Positions 9,299 to 18,950 of a stretch of DNA of 64,000 nt are shown here, piece after piece. Numbering within the stretch: position 1 is the first letter of the stretch; each line of letters starts with the position of its first letter. This stretch comes from Candidatus Hydrogenedentota bacterium (GTDB taxonomy: Bacteria; Hydrogenedentota; Hydrogenedentia; Hydrogenedentales; SLHB01): assembly GCA_045863335.1 (NCBI GenBank), contig BTVY01000031.1, positions 30,207 to 94,206 of the forward strand, written 5' to 3'. The notes under the pieces are model-generated. The model searched no databases, was not told the origin of the DNA, and saw only the letters and a program-made list of their open reading frames with translations. Both the position numbers and the translations under genes were made by a program.

Positions 9299-10225
9299 TT
9301 ACTCGATTCCCGCCCGCCGGTCGGCGAAAACGCCCCCCTCCGAAGAGGTCATCGCCATATGGCGAATTTGGGACAGCACTTCAAAGATCTGTTGGGGCGT
9401 GACCGTTTCCTTGGGATCGTGTTGCGTAATGCAGAACATCACGTCCAACTGTTTTTCCGCCTCGTCGGCGGACGTTTTCGGCTTCGGGCTTCCCGTCGTC
9501 GCCATATACAACTTTTCAATCTGGGCCAGCCAAACCTTGCGCGCCCAGCGGCTGAACGCCTGGATGCGTTTGGGCGACATGATTACCATGAAGTGACCAC
9601 CGCCCATGTGGCCCACGAAGATTTCTTCATCCTTGAGTTCTTCGGTGCACCGGGCAAGCGCTCGCCCCAAATGCCGCACCGCCTTGGTCCGGGCTTCCGC
9701 GCCGTACTTCCGGCCAAACTCCCGCACATACAGCAACTCGCAATGCGCCAGCGCAAACCCCTTGCGTAAACTGATCTGCCGTTGGATCTCCCGCTTCGTG
9801 GCGTCCGCCGAAGGGAGCGAAGTGAGTTCGTCCACTCCTGTGCCGCCGGAGCCAATCCGCAGCAGCGCCTCGATCCGTTGCAGTACGTTCCCCGCGTCGA
9901 ACGGCTTGGCGACGTAATCGTCCGCGCCTTGCGCCAGTCCGTGGAACACCTCTTCTTCGTTGTTCATCGCGGAAAGGAACAAAATCGGAAGGGTGTACAG
10001 CTCCGGGTCGCGCCGAATCTGACGGCAAATTTCGAAACCGGATGTGTGCGGGAGCATGACGTCCAGCACGAGCAAGTCATGCTTCTTGTTCTGGATCGTC
10101 TCCAAGACGTTCTGACCGGAGCGTTGGACGGTGCACTCGTGGCCGCTCTTGACCAAGTGATCCCGAACCAACTGGCTGGCCCGTTCGTCGTCGTCTACGA
10201 TCAGGATCGTCGCCACCCGCTGCAC
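9299..10225 (-). CDS. Response regulator with a degenerate GGDEF-like output domain
   Basis: Intact REC (IVDDD, VLDVMLP, FLSA, AKPF), then DELTSLPS and GHMGGGHF in place of GGDEF. The start may be GTG 10216. Confidence 0.85.
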   Translation of the reverse strand: MQRVATILIVDDDERASQLVRDHLVKSGHECTVQRSGQNVLETIQNKKHDLLVLDVMLPHTSGFEICRQIRRDPELYTLPILFLSAMNNEEEVFHGLAQGADDYVAKPFDAGNVLQRIEALLRIGSGGTGVDELTSLPSADATKREIQRQISLRKGFALAHCELLYVREFGRKYGAEARTKAVRHLGRALARCTEELKDEEIFVGHMGGGHFMVIMSPKRIQAFSRWARKVWLAQIEKLYMATTGSPKPKTSADEAEKQLDVMFCITQHDPKETVTPQQIFEVLSQIRHMAMTSSEGGVFADRRAGIE

Positions 10226-10258
10226 CTCTCTCCGGTGGGAAGGTTCCGGCTGGTTTCA

Positions 10259-10344
10259 TGGTGGGCGAGGAGGGACTCGAACCCTCAAGCCCGTTGGGGC
10301 AGCGGATTTTAAGTCCGCCGTGTATGCCATTCCACCACTCGCCC
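10259..10344 (-). tRNA. tRNA-Leu(TAA)
   Basis: GGGCGAGTGGTGGAATGGCATACAC.GCGGA-CT TAA AA-TCCGC, long variable arm, GGTTCGAGTCC...CCCACCA; 86 nt. Confidence 0.96.
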
Positions 10345-10435
10345 AAAAGCGCGAACCAACAACACCATGGCCGCACGTGATTTGGGCAATCCGACCGATT
10401 CACCCGCGCCACGCGGTGGTAGTTAAAAATCAATA

Positions 10436-10511
10436 TGGAGGCGGCACCCGGACTCGAACCGGGGAATGGAGGCTTTGCAGGCCTCTGCCTTACCAACTTG
10501 GCTATGCCGCC
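10436..10511 (-). tRNA. tRNA-Cys(GCA)
   Basis: GGCGGCATAGCCAAGTTGGTAAGGC.GAGGC-CT GCA AA-GCCTC...GGTTCGAGTCC...GCCTCCA; 76 nt. Confidence 0.96.
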
Positions 10512-10521
10512 TTAGATCGGA

Positions 10522-10551
10522 ATTCTATCGAACGCAGACGAAGCGTGTCAA
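10522..10551 (-). promoter_or_regulatory. sigma70 promoter of the tRNA-Cys/tRNA-Leu unit
   Basis: TTGACA (10551-10546), 18-nt spacer, TAGAAT (10527-10522), 10 nt upstream of tRNA-Cys. Confidence 0.7.
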
Positions 10552-10579
10552 GGAATGAACCCGGTTCGCCCTACGCAAG

Positions 10580-11890
10580 TCAATGAGATAAAGGGATATT
10601 CGATATGCCGCCCCGGCCGGAATGAAAGATATTGTCTCGAAAAACCAGTCCCTCAGGACGGGGCTCGGGCGTGATGAAGACGGCGTACTCATACCGCGGT
10701 TCGATCGTTACCGGCTGTCCGTCCTCCAGCACCTGATCGCGCCCGGTGTCATAGACGATGTTCCCCTGGATCAACACGTCCGTCATGATCGGATTCTCCG
10801 GCAGTTGCCCCGATTCAAGGCTGATGACGCCGCCGCGGGAGCCTTCCCAGTTGAAGTACTCGTAGCCAAATCCAAAATCCGAAAAAATGTTGTTCGCGAT
10901 GATGTTCCCGCGCGTAAAATTGGCGCCCCGCGCAGGCTCCGTATCCGTGGCCGCCTCCGCGGGATGCGACGCGGTCCCGGGCATCATGATGAGTCCCCAA
11001 AGATCCATATGAGATACGTTGTTCCCCATGATGATGACGTTGCGTGATCCGTGCATGCATTTGATTCCGACAAATGCGTGGTCGATCACATTGTTGGCGC
11101 AAGTCACGGAGTCCGCGTGGATGTCAATTCCCTGTGCCGCGTTCTCGATCAGGTTTCCTTCCACCAACACATGCGAGGTCTTCTCCGGCGAGGTCACGAC
11201 AATGGCCGAACCCTGATGCCAGTTGTTTGCGTAATCTCCTTTGGGCGCGAGCCGGCCCTTCTTCGTGGGATGTGCGCCGTCTGTGAGTTGGCCAAGGTTG
11301 TGCTCTTCCTTGAACTCCTTCGTGGGAAAGATGTTTCGCTCTACCACCTGGTTGTCCTGAATGCTGATATCCGTCGATCCGTTGACGACAATGCCCGTCC
11401 CATCGATCACCCGGAACGCGTAACCGTAGAGTTCGCTCGCTGTCCGGTCGTCGACACCTACCCGTTTGTAGTTGATGACGGTGCTGTCCCGCATGCTGCT
11501 GGACCGGCTGTTCTCGAAATAGACGGTCCCCGCCGTGCTGCGGTTGTCGATGACGCGAATGCCTCGCAAATCGACGCGTTCCGAGTTCCCGATATGGATC
11601 GCGTGCCGGTTGGAATCCTGCTTGCCCTCCGCGCGGGTCAACGTGATGCCCTCGATGCGGATGTCTTCGGTTCCCGCGATCTCGAGGATGTTGGCCTCCG
11701 GGTTGTCCTGCACGATCGTACCCTGGCCAAACAGGCCCGACCCCGGCGTGGTGATCCGCAGCGGCCGGTCGATGTGAATCTCGCCGGGCGGCACCTCGAC
11801 CAGTTGTCCCGGGTTCGCGTCGATGGATTCCTGAAGCGTGGCGAGGGCCGTAGCAGCGAACAAGAAGACACAGACCATGACTCGAACCAT
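10580..11890 (-). CDS. Secreted right-handed parallel beta-helix (pectate lyase-like) protein
   Basis: N-terminal signal-like stretch, LQESID..PG..VEVPPG, and repeated I.I.GN.I / GI.I.. beta-helix units. Confidence 0.75.
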   Translation of the reverse strand: MVRVMVCVFLFAATALATLQESIDANPGQLVEVPPGEIHIDRPLRITTPGSGLFGQGTIVQDNPEANILEIAGTEDIRIEGITLTRAEGKQDSNRHAIHIGNSERVDLRGIRVIDNRSTAGTVYFENSRSSSMRDSTVINYKRVGVDDRTASELYGYAFRVIDGTGIVVNGSTDISIQDNQVVERNIFPTKEFKEEHNLGQLTDGAHPTKKGRLAPKGDYANNWHQGSAIVVTSPEKTSHVLVEGNLIENAAQGIDIHADSVTCANNVIDHAFVGIKCMHGSRNVIIMGNNVSHMDLWGLIMMPGTASHPAEAATDTEPARGANFTRGNIIANNIFSDFGFGYEYFNWEGSRGGVISLESGQLPENPIMTDVLIQGNIVYDTGRDQVLEDGQPVTIEPRYEYAVFITPEPRPEGLVFRDNIFHSGRGGISNIPLSH

Positions 11891-11927
11891 GATTACCCCC
11901 TTTTTCGAATCGTCCGCTAACGGGATG

Positions 11928-14549
11928 CTATGCGGTTACCGCTTCGCTCGCTGGCGCCGGATTGCTCGCAAGAAACGTCTCACGCTTGAGCACTCTCGTC
12001 GACTGCGCGTCGAGACCCAGCAGCGGCAGGATTTCGCGCATGCGCACAGAGCGGCCACCGACCAACTCAATCTCGAGTTCGATCGTCGCCTGATGCTCGC
12101 TCGCCTCGGCCAACTCCAAACGGCGTATCATGGGGCGGATATCGACCTCCATCTTCGGCGCGCGCCCTTTTCTGCCGCGAGCCTTCTTTGCCTTGCCGTC
12201 GCGTTCCACGATGATCTCGGGCGCGCCGTTTACGGCATCGATTCGCTCCCGGAGGGCGTCAGGATCGCCGGAAGCAAACAACGTGTAGGCAAACCCTGTC
12301 GTGCATGCCATCAGGGCCGGGGCCTTGAGCGGCACTTCTTCGACCTGATAGGCCCGGATGCCTTCCGGCAGCGTCGCCTGGATCCGCCGCAACAGGTCCT
12401 CGGGATCCACGCGCTCCTTCAACACGATGTCCATGTAGTCGCCCCTGGATTCCTCGCCCACGGGCGGAGCGGTCGCGAAGGACAATTTCGGGTGGGCATG
12501 GAACCCCTGCGAATAGGAGATGGGCGTCCGCGCGCGCCGCAACGTGCGCACCCAGGAATTGACCAATTCCAGATGCGAAAGAAATCGCGCTTCGCCGTTG
12601 CGCCCGATGCGGAATCGCAGGCGCTGCACGGCCTCCGGCTCCTGGTACTCAGGCAAGGGAGTGGGCTTCCAGTTTTGCTCCTCGATGCGGCCCTGTTTCT
12701 GCCGCTTGAGCATGTGCTTGCACAGTTCCCGCTCGCGGTAGATCACGCCGCAGAGATGGCACTTGCCCGCCCGGCAATCCTGTGCGTGCTTCAGCTCCAT
12801 GGCCCGCTGCCAGTCTTCCTGGAACCACTTCTTGGGAATCAGCATGTCGATGTGGTCCCACGGCAACCGCTCGTCGAGGTCGCGCGCGCGTAGCGCGTCG
12901 TCCACGTCGTAGTTCGTCTGCTCGATCGCATCGAGCCACGCCTTGAAGTTCAGGTGCTCGCCCCAGGATTCGAGGCGCGCCCCATTCCGCCACGCGGCCT
13001 CCAGCAAGTCGGCGCCCCGGCGGTCGGCCCGGGTCAGCAGACCTTCGATGAACGTGATCTCCGGCTCGTGCTTGCCAAACTTGATCGCGCCGTTGCCCCG
13101 GAATCCCTTCTCCAGAATGCCCTGACGCCGGTACGCCTCTTCCAGCGTGATCTGCTCAGCCCATTGGAACGGGGTGAACGGCTTGGGCACAAAGGTTGAA
13201 ACGCCCGTGTTTACCTTGGCCCGGGGATTGATCGTGCGTCCCAGCTTCAAGGTCCGCAGACATAGGTCGACGATGGCTTCCACATCCTCGTCGCGCTCCG
13301 TGGGCAACCCGATCATGAAATAGGTTTTCACGTGGTTCCAGCCGCGCCCGTACGCCTCCGAGGACATGTTCAGCAGGTCTTCGTCGGGGATCCACTTGTT
13401 GATAACCGCGCGCAGCCGCGGCGTGGCCGCTTCCGGCGCGAAGGTCAGGCCGCTGCGCCGGACGCCTGCCACCATATCGGCGAGTTCCACGGAAAAGGAA
13501 TCCAGACGAAGCGATGGCAGCGACACGCTGACATTGCTCTCCGCTGCGCGCTTCGCCGCTTGCTCGACGAGCATGCGCGGCCGCGAAAAATCGCAAGTCG
13601 ACAATGAAACCAGCGAAACTTCCTCATACCCCGTCGCGTCCAGGGTGCGCTCCATCAATTCGTCCACTTTCTCAATGGAACGCTCGCGCACGGGCCGCGT
13701 CACCATGCCCGCCTGACAGAACCGGCACCCTTGGGTGCAGCCGCGCAACACCTCCAGCCCGACACGGTCGTGGACCTGTTGCGTGTACGGCACGATGTAG
13801 TTTGTTGGAAAGGTCGCGCCGTCCAAATCCTGCAAGGTGCGCTTCACGATCTTCGGCGCGTCCTCCTTCGGCAGAATGCGCCCGTCTGGCATCGTCTCAA
13901 AGGGATACAACTCCGGAACATAGATCCCTTCCAGTTTCGCCAGCGCTTCGAGCTTCGTTCGCCGCGGTTCGTCTTTCATCGCGCGGAGGACTTCCGCGAT
14001 TTCAACGATCACATCCTCGCCATCGCCGATAACAAAGAAGTCGATAAATGGCGCCAGCGGTTCCGGATTGAACACCGAAGGTCCACCCGCCATCGTGAGC
14101 GGATGCGAATCGTCGCGGTGCTCCGTACGCAACGGAATTCCGGAAAGATCGAGCAAATTCAGGATGTTCGCGTAGTTCAACTCCGTCTGCAGCGTGAACC
14201 CAATCAGATCCATCGCGCCGAGAGCGTCTTTCGACTCGTTCGTGAACGCCGGGAGCCCGCGCTTGCGGAGCGCCGCTTCCATGTCCGGCGCGGGGGTATA
14301 GCCCCGCTCGCACCAGCACCAGGGCAGCTTGTTCAGGATCGCGTACAGAATGAGGATGCCCAGATTCCCGAGCCCCAAGTCGTAAAGGTCGGGAAACACA
14401 AGCGCGACTCGCAGATCGATTTCCGCCGGGTCCTTGTGCGTCGAATTCAACTCCGTTCCCATGTAGCGGGACGGCTTCTCCACACCCGGCAGAATCTCGT
14501 TATACAACACGTCGCGAAGGGACGTGGTCTTTTCCGAAACGGTCGCCAT
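11928..14549 (-). CDS. TIGR03960-type radical SAM protein fused to a TIGR03936 (DUF2344) radical SAM-linked domain
   Basis: VEKPSRYMGTE, FPDLYDLG, LEVLRGCTQGCRFCQAG (CxxxCxxC), GLTFAPEA and LPWDHID; C-terminal RFLSHLEL...YSQGFHAHPKLSF. ATG 14549 follows AGGAGAGG. Confidence 0.9.
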   Translation of the reverse strand: MATVSEKTTSLRDVLYNEILPGVEKPSRYMGTELNSTHKDPAEIDLRVALVFPDLYDLGLGNLGILILYAILNKLPWCWCERGYTPAPDMEAALRKRGLPAFTNESKDALGAMDLIGFTLQTELNYANILNLLDLSGIPLRTEHRDDSHPLTMAGGPSVFNPEPLAPFIDFFVIGDGEDVIVEIAEVLRAMKDEPRRTKLEALAKLEGIYVPELYPFETMPDGRILPKEDAPKIVKRTLQDLDGATFPTNYIVPYTQQVHDRVGLEVLRGCTQGCRFCQAGMVTRPVRERSIEKVDELMERTLDATGYEEVSLVSLSTCDFSRPRMLVEQAAKRAAESNVSVSLPSLRLDSFSVELADMVAGVRRSGLTFAPEAATPRLRAVINKWIPDEDLLNMSSEAYGRGWNHVKTYFMIGLPTERDEDVEAIVDLCLRTLKLGRTINPRAKVNTGVSTFVPKPFTPFQWAEQITLEEAYRRQGILEKGFRGNGAIKFGKHEPEITFIEGLLTRADRRGADLLEAAWRNGARLESWGEHLNFKAWLDAIEQTNYDVDDALRARDLDERLPWDHIDMLIPKKWFQEDWQRAMELKHAQDCRAGKCHLCGVIYRERELCKHMLKRQKQGRIEEQNWKPTPLPEYQEPEAVQRLRFRIGRNGEARFLSHLELVNSWVRTLRRARTPISYSQGFHAHPKLSFATAPPVGEESRGDYMDIVLKERVDPEDLLRRIQATLPEGIRAYQVEEVPLKAPALMACTTGFAYTLFASGDPDALRERIDAVNGAPEIIVERDGKAKKARGRKGRAPKMEVDIRPMIRRLELAEASEHQATIELEIELVGGRSVRMREILPLLGLDAQSTRVLKRETFLASNPAPASEAVTA

Positions 14550-14599
14550 TACCTCTCCTGTAAGAATCGTGCCGCAGGCGTCCCGCCTGCCAAATTTCG

Positions 14600-15922
14600 T
14601 TACGCGGCCGGCGAATTCCATGCCGCCAGGGTGCCTTCATAATCGAAAATCTCGTGGGCGTTCCCGCGCATAATGCGATCCACCAACGCGGGCACTTCGC
14701 CGTCGTTTACCCACCCGTCCGAGATCAATTCGCTGACTGCCTGCGCCAACCCTTTCCGCGCGATTGCCGCGTGGCCCGGCACCATTTCCACCGGACCGTA
14801 GTCCCCGCCGAATGTCAAGAGCTTCGTGTGCGGCGCGGCCATCAAGAATTCCTTCGTAAACCGAACACTCGCGAGGGGATTGATAATCCAGGCCCAGCAC
14901 ATGTCCACATACGCGTTCGGGTAGTGCTTGGCCAGCGCAATCGCCTCGTCCTGATACGGATACGAGATATGCATGATGATGAACTTCGCATCCGGATGCG
15001 CCTTGATGATGGGGCACAAGTCTCCAACGTTCGCGCCCACGCGATGCAAGGGCATGTGGTTGTTCCCTGCGTAATACCCCGTGTGCAGCTTCACCGGCAG
15101 GTTGTAATCGACCGCCTTGCGGATGCAGTAGTGGAACAAGTGGTCCTGAATCGCCTTCTTCTCAAACTCGGCGGAACCCTTGGCATCCCGAATATGCCGG
15201 GCGAACAACGGTGCCGCGTCGTTCGCCGGTACGTCATCATAATCCAGCCTTCGCGCATAGGCGCTCTGATTCTTGATGGCAATGGCGCGGGGTCCATACG
15301 TCTCAAACACCCAGTCGATAATCTCATGCCAGTCCTGCAGCGAGCCGACTTCCCGGTTCGCCTTTTTCGCGTAGGGCTCAATATTCAATCCCGAACTCAT
15401 CCCCACGAAGCTCAGGTCCTGGCAAAGCAGATCGGGATACTCCGTCTCATTGAACACCGGGTCTTCGAAGCTGTTGACCTGCGTATGTTCAATCTTCGAT
15501 ACATCCCGCAGCAGCCGCTTGAAATACCCGGGCGCGATCTGGCCGCGAATCAGATCCGAGATGCGCGCGTAGTTGTCGTCTGTGATGTCGTCCTCGCCGA
15601 ACATGAGGCGCAAGGATTCCCGCACGTTCTGCAAATACCCGGTATGACGCGTTCGCGCATAGATGGGGCCAATCAATCGCCACTTCTCGTGCACGTCGGT
15701 CATCGGATCGACCATCTTCTTTCGATCCTCCGCCGAAAGTCCTGCCGATACCAGGTCGGAGTCCGCATAATGATAGAAGAGGATACCCAAGTCGCTCGGC
15801 ATCGGGTGCTGGCCCGGTTCCGCCAGCGCGGACAGACGCGTCCGCTCCTCCCACAAGTGCTCATGGGTGTCGACGAAAGGGGTCGCGTTGACAAGATCGA
15901 GGATTTCCGAGTGAATCGCCAT
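14600..15922 (-). CDS. Amidohydrolase family protein (metal-dependent TIM barrel)
   Basis: DTHEH metal motif, PVKLHTG, IIMH, YVDMCW and FGGDY. Confidence 0.82.
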   Translation of the reverse strand: MAIHSEILDLVNATPFVDTHEHLWEERTRLSALAEPGQHPMPSDLGILFYHYADSDLVSAGLSAEDRKKMVDPMTDVHEKWRLIGPIYARTRHTGYLQNVRESLRLMFGEDDITDDNYARISDLIRGQIAPGYFKRLLRDVSKIEHTQVNSFEDPVFNETEYPDLLCQDLSFVGMSSGLNIEPYAKKANREVGSLQDWHEIIDWVFETYGPRAIAIKNQSAYARRLDYDDVPANDAAPLFARHIRDAKGSAEFEKKAIQDHLFHYCIRKAVDYNLPVKLHTGYYAGNNHMPLHRVGANVGDLCPIIKAHPDAKFIIMHISYPYQDEAIALAKHYPNAYVDMCWAWIINPLASVRFTKEFLMAAPHTKLLTFGGDYGPVEMVPGHAAIARKGLAQAVSELISDGWVNDGEVPALVDRIMRGNAHEIFDYEGTLAAWNSPAA

Positions 15923-16080
15923 GGCCGATAGCTCCGCGTTGGCCAGTACAATACCTTGCAACAAAATAGGGTAGCGCGTTGCGGGCTCTCCGGCAAGTTT
16001 TGTTCCTGTCGATATGCCCACTCGGACCGATCCGACCGATCGGTCGGATCAGTCCCACCAAAAAAGTACTCCACTACAGC

Positions 16081-16113
16081 AAGAAGCGCCGGAAGACCCT
16101 TGCCTTCCGGCGC
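16081..16113 (-). terminator. Hairpin terminator downstream of the FKBP gene
   Basis: Perfect 10-bp inverted repeat GCGCCGGAAG / CTTCCGGCGC with a weak U tail. Confidence 0.55.
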
Positions 16114-16136
16114 CTTCACAAATCATTGTCTGTTCG

Positions 16137-16889
16137 CTATTCCTGCGGAATTGCGATGCTGCTGTCTTCAACGACCTCGAGCAGCTCGATGTCGAAAATA
16201 AGCGTCGCGTTCGGCGGAATGTCCTGGCCCGCGCCGCGCTCGCCGTAGGCCAAGTCCGACGGAATAAACAGCTTCCACTTGTCGCCCACCTGCATCAACT
16301 GCAACGCCTCCGTCCAGCCTGCGATGACGCCATTGACGGGAAACTCGGCCGGTTCGCCGCGCGCATAGGAGCTGTCAAATTCGGTGCCGTCAATCAACGT
16401 GCCGCGGTAGTGGGTCCGCACCACGTCACTCGCTTCCGGCGTCGCGCCGTCACCTTCTTCCACGACGACATACTGCAGGCCCGACTCGGTGGTCTTCACG
16501 CCCGGCTTCTCGGCGTTCTCGGCAAGAAACTTGGCGCCTTCCGCGCCGGCTTTTGCGCCGGCTTCCGCGCGCTCAGCCTGCATCTTCGCCATCATTTGCT
16601 CGCGGAACGTCGTCATCGCCTGCTGCATTTCTTCCTGGGTCATGGCCAGTTCCCGGCCCGCACGCGCATCGGTCAGTCCGCGAACAAAGGCGTCCATATC
16701 AATTTCGATGCCGTCCGACTTGATGCTGGTGCCAATCTGCGATCCGATAACATACGAAACCTTTTGGGCTTCGGTTTCCAGCTTGATGGGCGCCGGCTTC
16801 GCCTCTTCTTTGTCGCCTTCGGCGGCAAACGCGGCGACCGGTGCCAAAATGACGGCCGCAAGCACGGCTAATGTCAACAGATTCTTCAC
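16137..16889 (-). CDS. Exported FKBP-type peptidyl-prolyl isomerase (FkpA/FklB-like)
   Basis: Signal peptide, KVSYVIG, TESGLQY, HYRGTLIDGTEFDSS, VIAGWTEAL, LAYG and IPPNATLIFDIELL. GTG start follows AAGGAG. Confidence 0.94.
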   Translation of the reverse strand: MKNLLTLAVLAAVILAPVAAFAAEGDKEEAKPAPIKLETEAQKVSYVIGSQIGTSIKSDGIEIDMDAFVRGLTDARAGRELAMTQEEMQQAMTTFREQMMAKMQAERAEAGAKAGAEGAKFLAENAEKPGVKTTESGLQYVVVEEGDGATPEASDVVRTHYRGTLIDGTEFDSSYARGEPAEFPVNGVIAGWTEALQLMQVGDKWKLFIPSDLAYGERGAGQDIPPNATLIFDIELLEVVEDSSIAIPQE

Positions 16890-17027
16890 GGTAGACTCCT
16901 TCTGGGTTTGGTGTAGCTGCACATACTCGACTGGTTGTCCCGTCCGGGGACCGGAAAGCGCAGAGAGGATATTGTACACGGAACAGCTGCGCGATTCCGC
17001 AAAATTCTTTTGCGCCGGGATCTACGC

Positions 17028-17399
17028 CTAACTATCCCGCAAGAACGCCTCAATCGAAGCCCGGTGGTCGCCCTGGATCTCCACGTCCCCATCCCGGAGA
17101 ACACCCCCGGCTCCGCATCGTTTCTTCAAGGACTTAAGCAGGTGCTCGGCATCGCCGGATACATTGCGCACCACCGTGACCACCTTGCCTTTCGCACGCC
17201 GTTCAACGAACACCGGCAGGCCACCCTTCCGCGTATTTTCAACGCGAAACCGAGGACCCGCAGACTTTTCCGCCCCGACCGGACTGGTTTCCGGTTCCGG
17301 CTGCTGCGGAAGACCCGCATTCAGGTCGGCCAGCGAACCGAAAGGGTTGTCACTCAAAGGCTTACCATCGCCACTGAGGTCGTATCGTTTCTTGCTCAA
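17028..17399 (-). CDS. yciH: SUI1/eIF1-family translation factor (YciH-like)
   Basis: RRAKGKVVTVV...LLKSLKKRCGAGG....VEIQGDHR. Confidence 0.85.
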   Translation of the reverse strand: MSKKRYDLSGDGKPLSDNPFGSLADLNAGLPQQPEPETSPVGAEKSAGPRFRVENTRKGGLPVFVERRAKGKVVTVVRNVSGDAEHLLKSLKKRCGAGGVLRDGDVEIQGDHRASIEAFLRDS

Positions 17400-17484
17400 C
17401 GTAAACTCCAGCTAAAATCAATAGCCGCCAAAAGACTTCGGCTACGGAACCTTATCCAGATATGGCGGGACAGTCCTTTTTGAA

Positions 17485-17533
17485 TTTTGGTCCTTCGAAT
17501 TTGTTTCGGATTTCGTGTTTCGGATTTCGAATT
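17485..17533 (+). repeat. About 50-bp dispersed heptad-based repeat (TTTCG core), copy 1 of 3
   Basis: TTTTGGTCCTTCGAATTTGTTTCGGATTTCGTGTTTCGGATTTCGAATT; similar to 19765-19814 (reverse) and 24286-24335. Confidence 0.8.
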
Positions 17534-18546
17534 CATTCGCCACCATCGGCTGCACCATTCTCCACACCTTGAAACGGTCCCGGAACCCCCTCCCGGGGTG
17601 CCAGTACCGCCGCTATCTCGTTCAGAAATAAGCGTCGCAATGCATCGTAGCCCCGATTATTGGGATCTTCAAGGTTGGTGAAATACCAATAGTGCGGGTC
17701 CTCCGGCCGGTAATGCTCGCGCCACCATTGGATACAATGCACGCCGTGTCCGAGGAACGGACCGCGGATGTCGACTAGATGCACGTTGTCATGCCGGACC
17801 GTCGCGCCGGCAATGACGCTGTTGTAGGCTTCATGGATGGCGAGCAGATCCGGCCAGGGAGGAAGTCCCGCCGCAGCCGGATTCCCAACTCCATCCGAGG
17901 GGTCGTAGATGTTCGCCAGGAAGATCTGACACCCGCCGGGAAAGGCCGCCTCTACTTTCGCCAGCATGCGGTCCAAACGTGCGCGAAAGTTTTCGATCCA
18001 CGGTCGCGCTTGATCCATGGTCGCTCCATACATCGCGCCTTCCTTAGACTCGCCCCGGCCATACCAATGAATGAGGTCGTTTCCACCGGTAGTCACCACC
18101 ACGATCCCATAGGTGTCGGGCGGAAACGTTTCCAGGGGTTCAATCTGCTCGGACCAATGCTCCAGCGACGTAGACCCGGAGACGGAGATATTCATTGGCT
18201 TGAGTTGAGGGAACACGGCGTTCAGGCATATACCCTCCATGTCCTCGAACTCGCCCGGCGGATTCTGCACGAGCCGCTCGAAATACGAGAGGCCCGGGTC
18301 CGCGCCGAATCCCGCCGTCACGCTGTCGCCAAGCCCGAGGAGCACCACCGGCCTGTCCGTCCAGGTCGATTCAAACGGCTCGCGCGCCACGGCTGGTCCG
18401 GCCGGTCCATCGCCCACCGGCGGCGGGAACCAGAATCGAAACGTCGCGAAATAGCGGAGGTAGGCGAGCGATCCGCCGACTACCAGCGTGCCAATTATTA
18501 GAAGCGCGAGGGTGCGTCGCGGGCTGCTGTTCGTTATTTTGGACAT
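17533..18546 (-). CDS. Membrane-anchored SGNH/GDSL hydrolase
   Basis: N-terminal TM helix, GLGDSVTAG (block I), SVSGST, TGGND (block III) and DPNNRGY. Confidence 0.82.
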   Translation of the reverse strand: MSKITNSSPRRTLALLIIGTLVVGGSLAYLRYFATFRFWFPPPVGDGPAGPAVAREPFESTWTDRPVVLLGLGDSVTAGFGADPGLSYFERLVQNPPGEFEDMEGICLNAVFPQLKPMNISVSGSTSLEHWSEQIEPLETFPPDTYGIVVVTTGGNDLIHWYGRGESKEGAMYGATMDQARPWIENFRARLDRMLAKVEAAFPGGCQIFLANIYDPSDGVGNPAAAGLPPWPDLLAIHEAYNSVIAGATVRHDNVHLVDIRGPFLGHGVHCIQWWREHYRPEDPHYWYFTNLEDPNNRGYDALRRLFLNEIAAVLAPREGVPGPFQGVENGAADGGE

Positions 18547-18760
18547 TTCAGACTACCCGTAGTTTTCTTTCCGGCGCAGAGCATGGCGAATCAGAATGAT
18601 GCCGGAAACGCGACGCGATCAGGAAAACATCACGAAATTTTCCTTTGCGAATCCGGTGCGCATAGGGTAAGGTATATTCAGTGAGACACGTGGCGGCGAA
18701 GGCACTCGATGGGGAGTGGCCGGGATACGTCAGCGGCGTCGGAAAGGAGGTGGTCCATCT

Positions 18761-18853
18761 ATGAGTAGTCCGAGTACGATTCCTGACGCCATAGTTGGAC
18801 ATGCCCTAGGTATGACCAAAATGGAGATTCTTGTCAAGGAGATCCGTTCGTAA
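18761..18853 (+). CDS. 30-aa small ORF MSSPSTIPDAIVGHALGMTKMEILVKEIRS in a stand-alone structured transcript (not in the ORF track)
   Basis: Preceded by GAAAGGAGGTGGTCCA (18742-18757) and a candidate promoter TTGCGA-17-TAAGGT (18645-18673); a strong hairpin follows. Confidence 0.5.
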   Translation: MSSPSTIPDAIVGHALGMTKMEILVKEIRS

Positions 18854-18890
18854 CTGTGGCGTTAGGAGCTACAGAGGACTGTATCTAACA

Positions 18891-18928
18891 CGGGGCGGCG
18901 TCCAGCAGGATGCCGCCCCGCGTTCCTT
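18891..18928 (+). terminator. GC-rich hairpin, probable terminator
   Basis: CGGGGCGGCGTCC-AGCA-GGATGCCGCCCCG (13-bp stem, one G-U) followed by CGTTCCTT. Confidence 0.6.
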
Positions 18929-18950
18929 ATCTCGCGGGAGGGGACTTGCG

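Noticed and set aside
18742-18757. Fragment of a 16S rRNA gene on the minus strand
   Set aside because: Similarity stops after 16 nt and the flanks do not resemble 16S helix 44/45.
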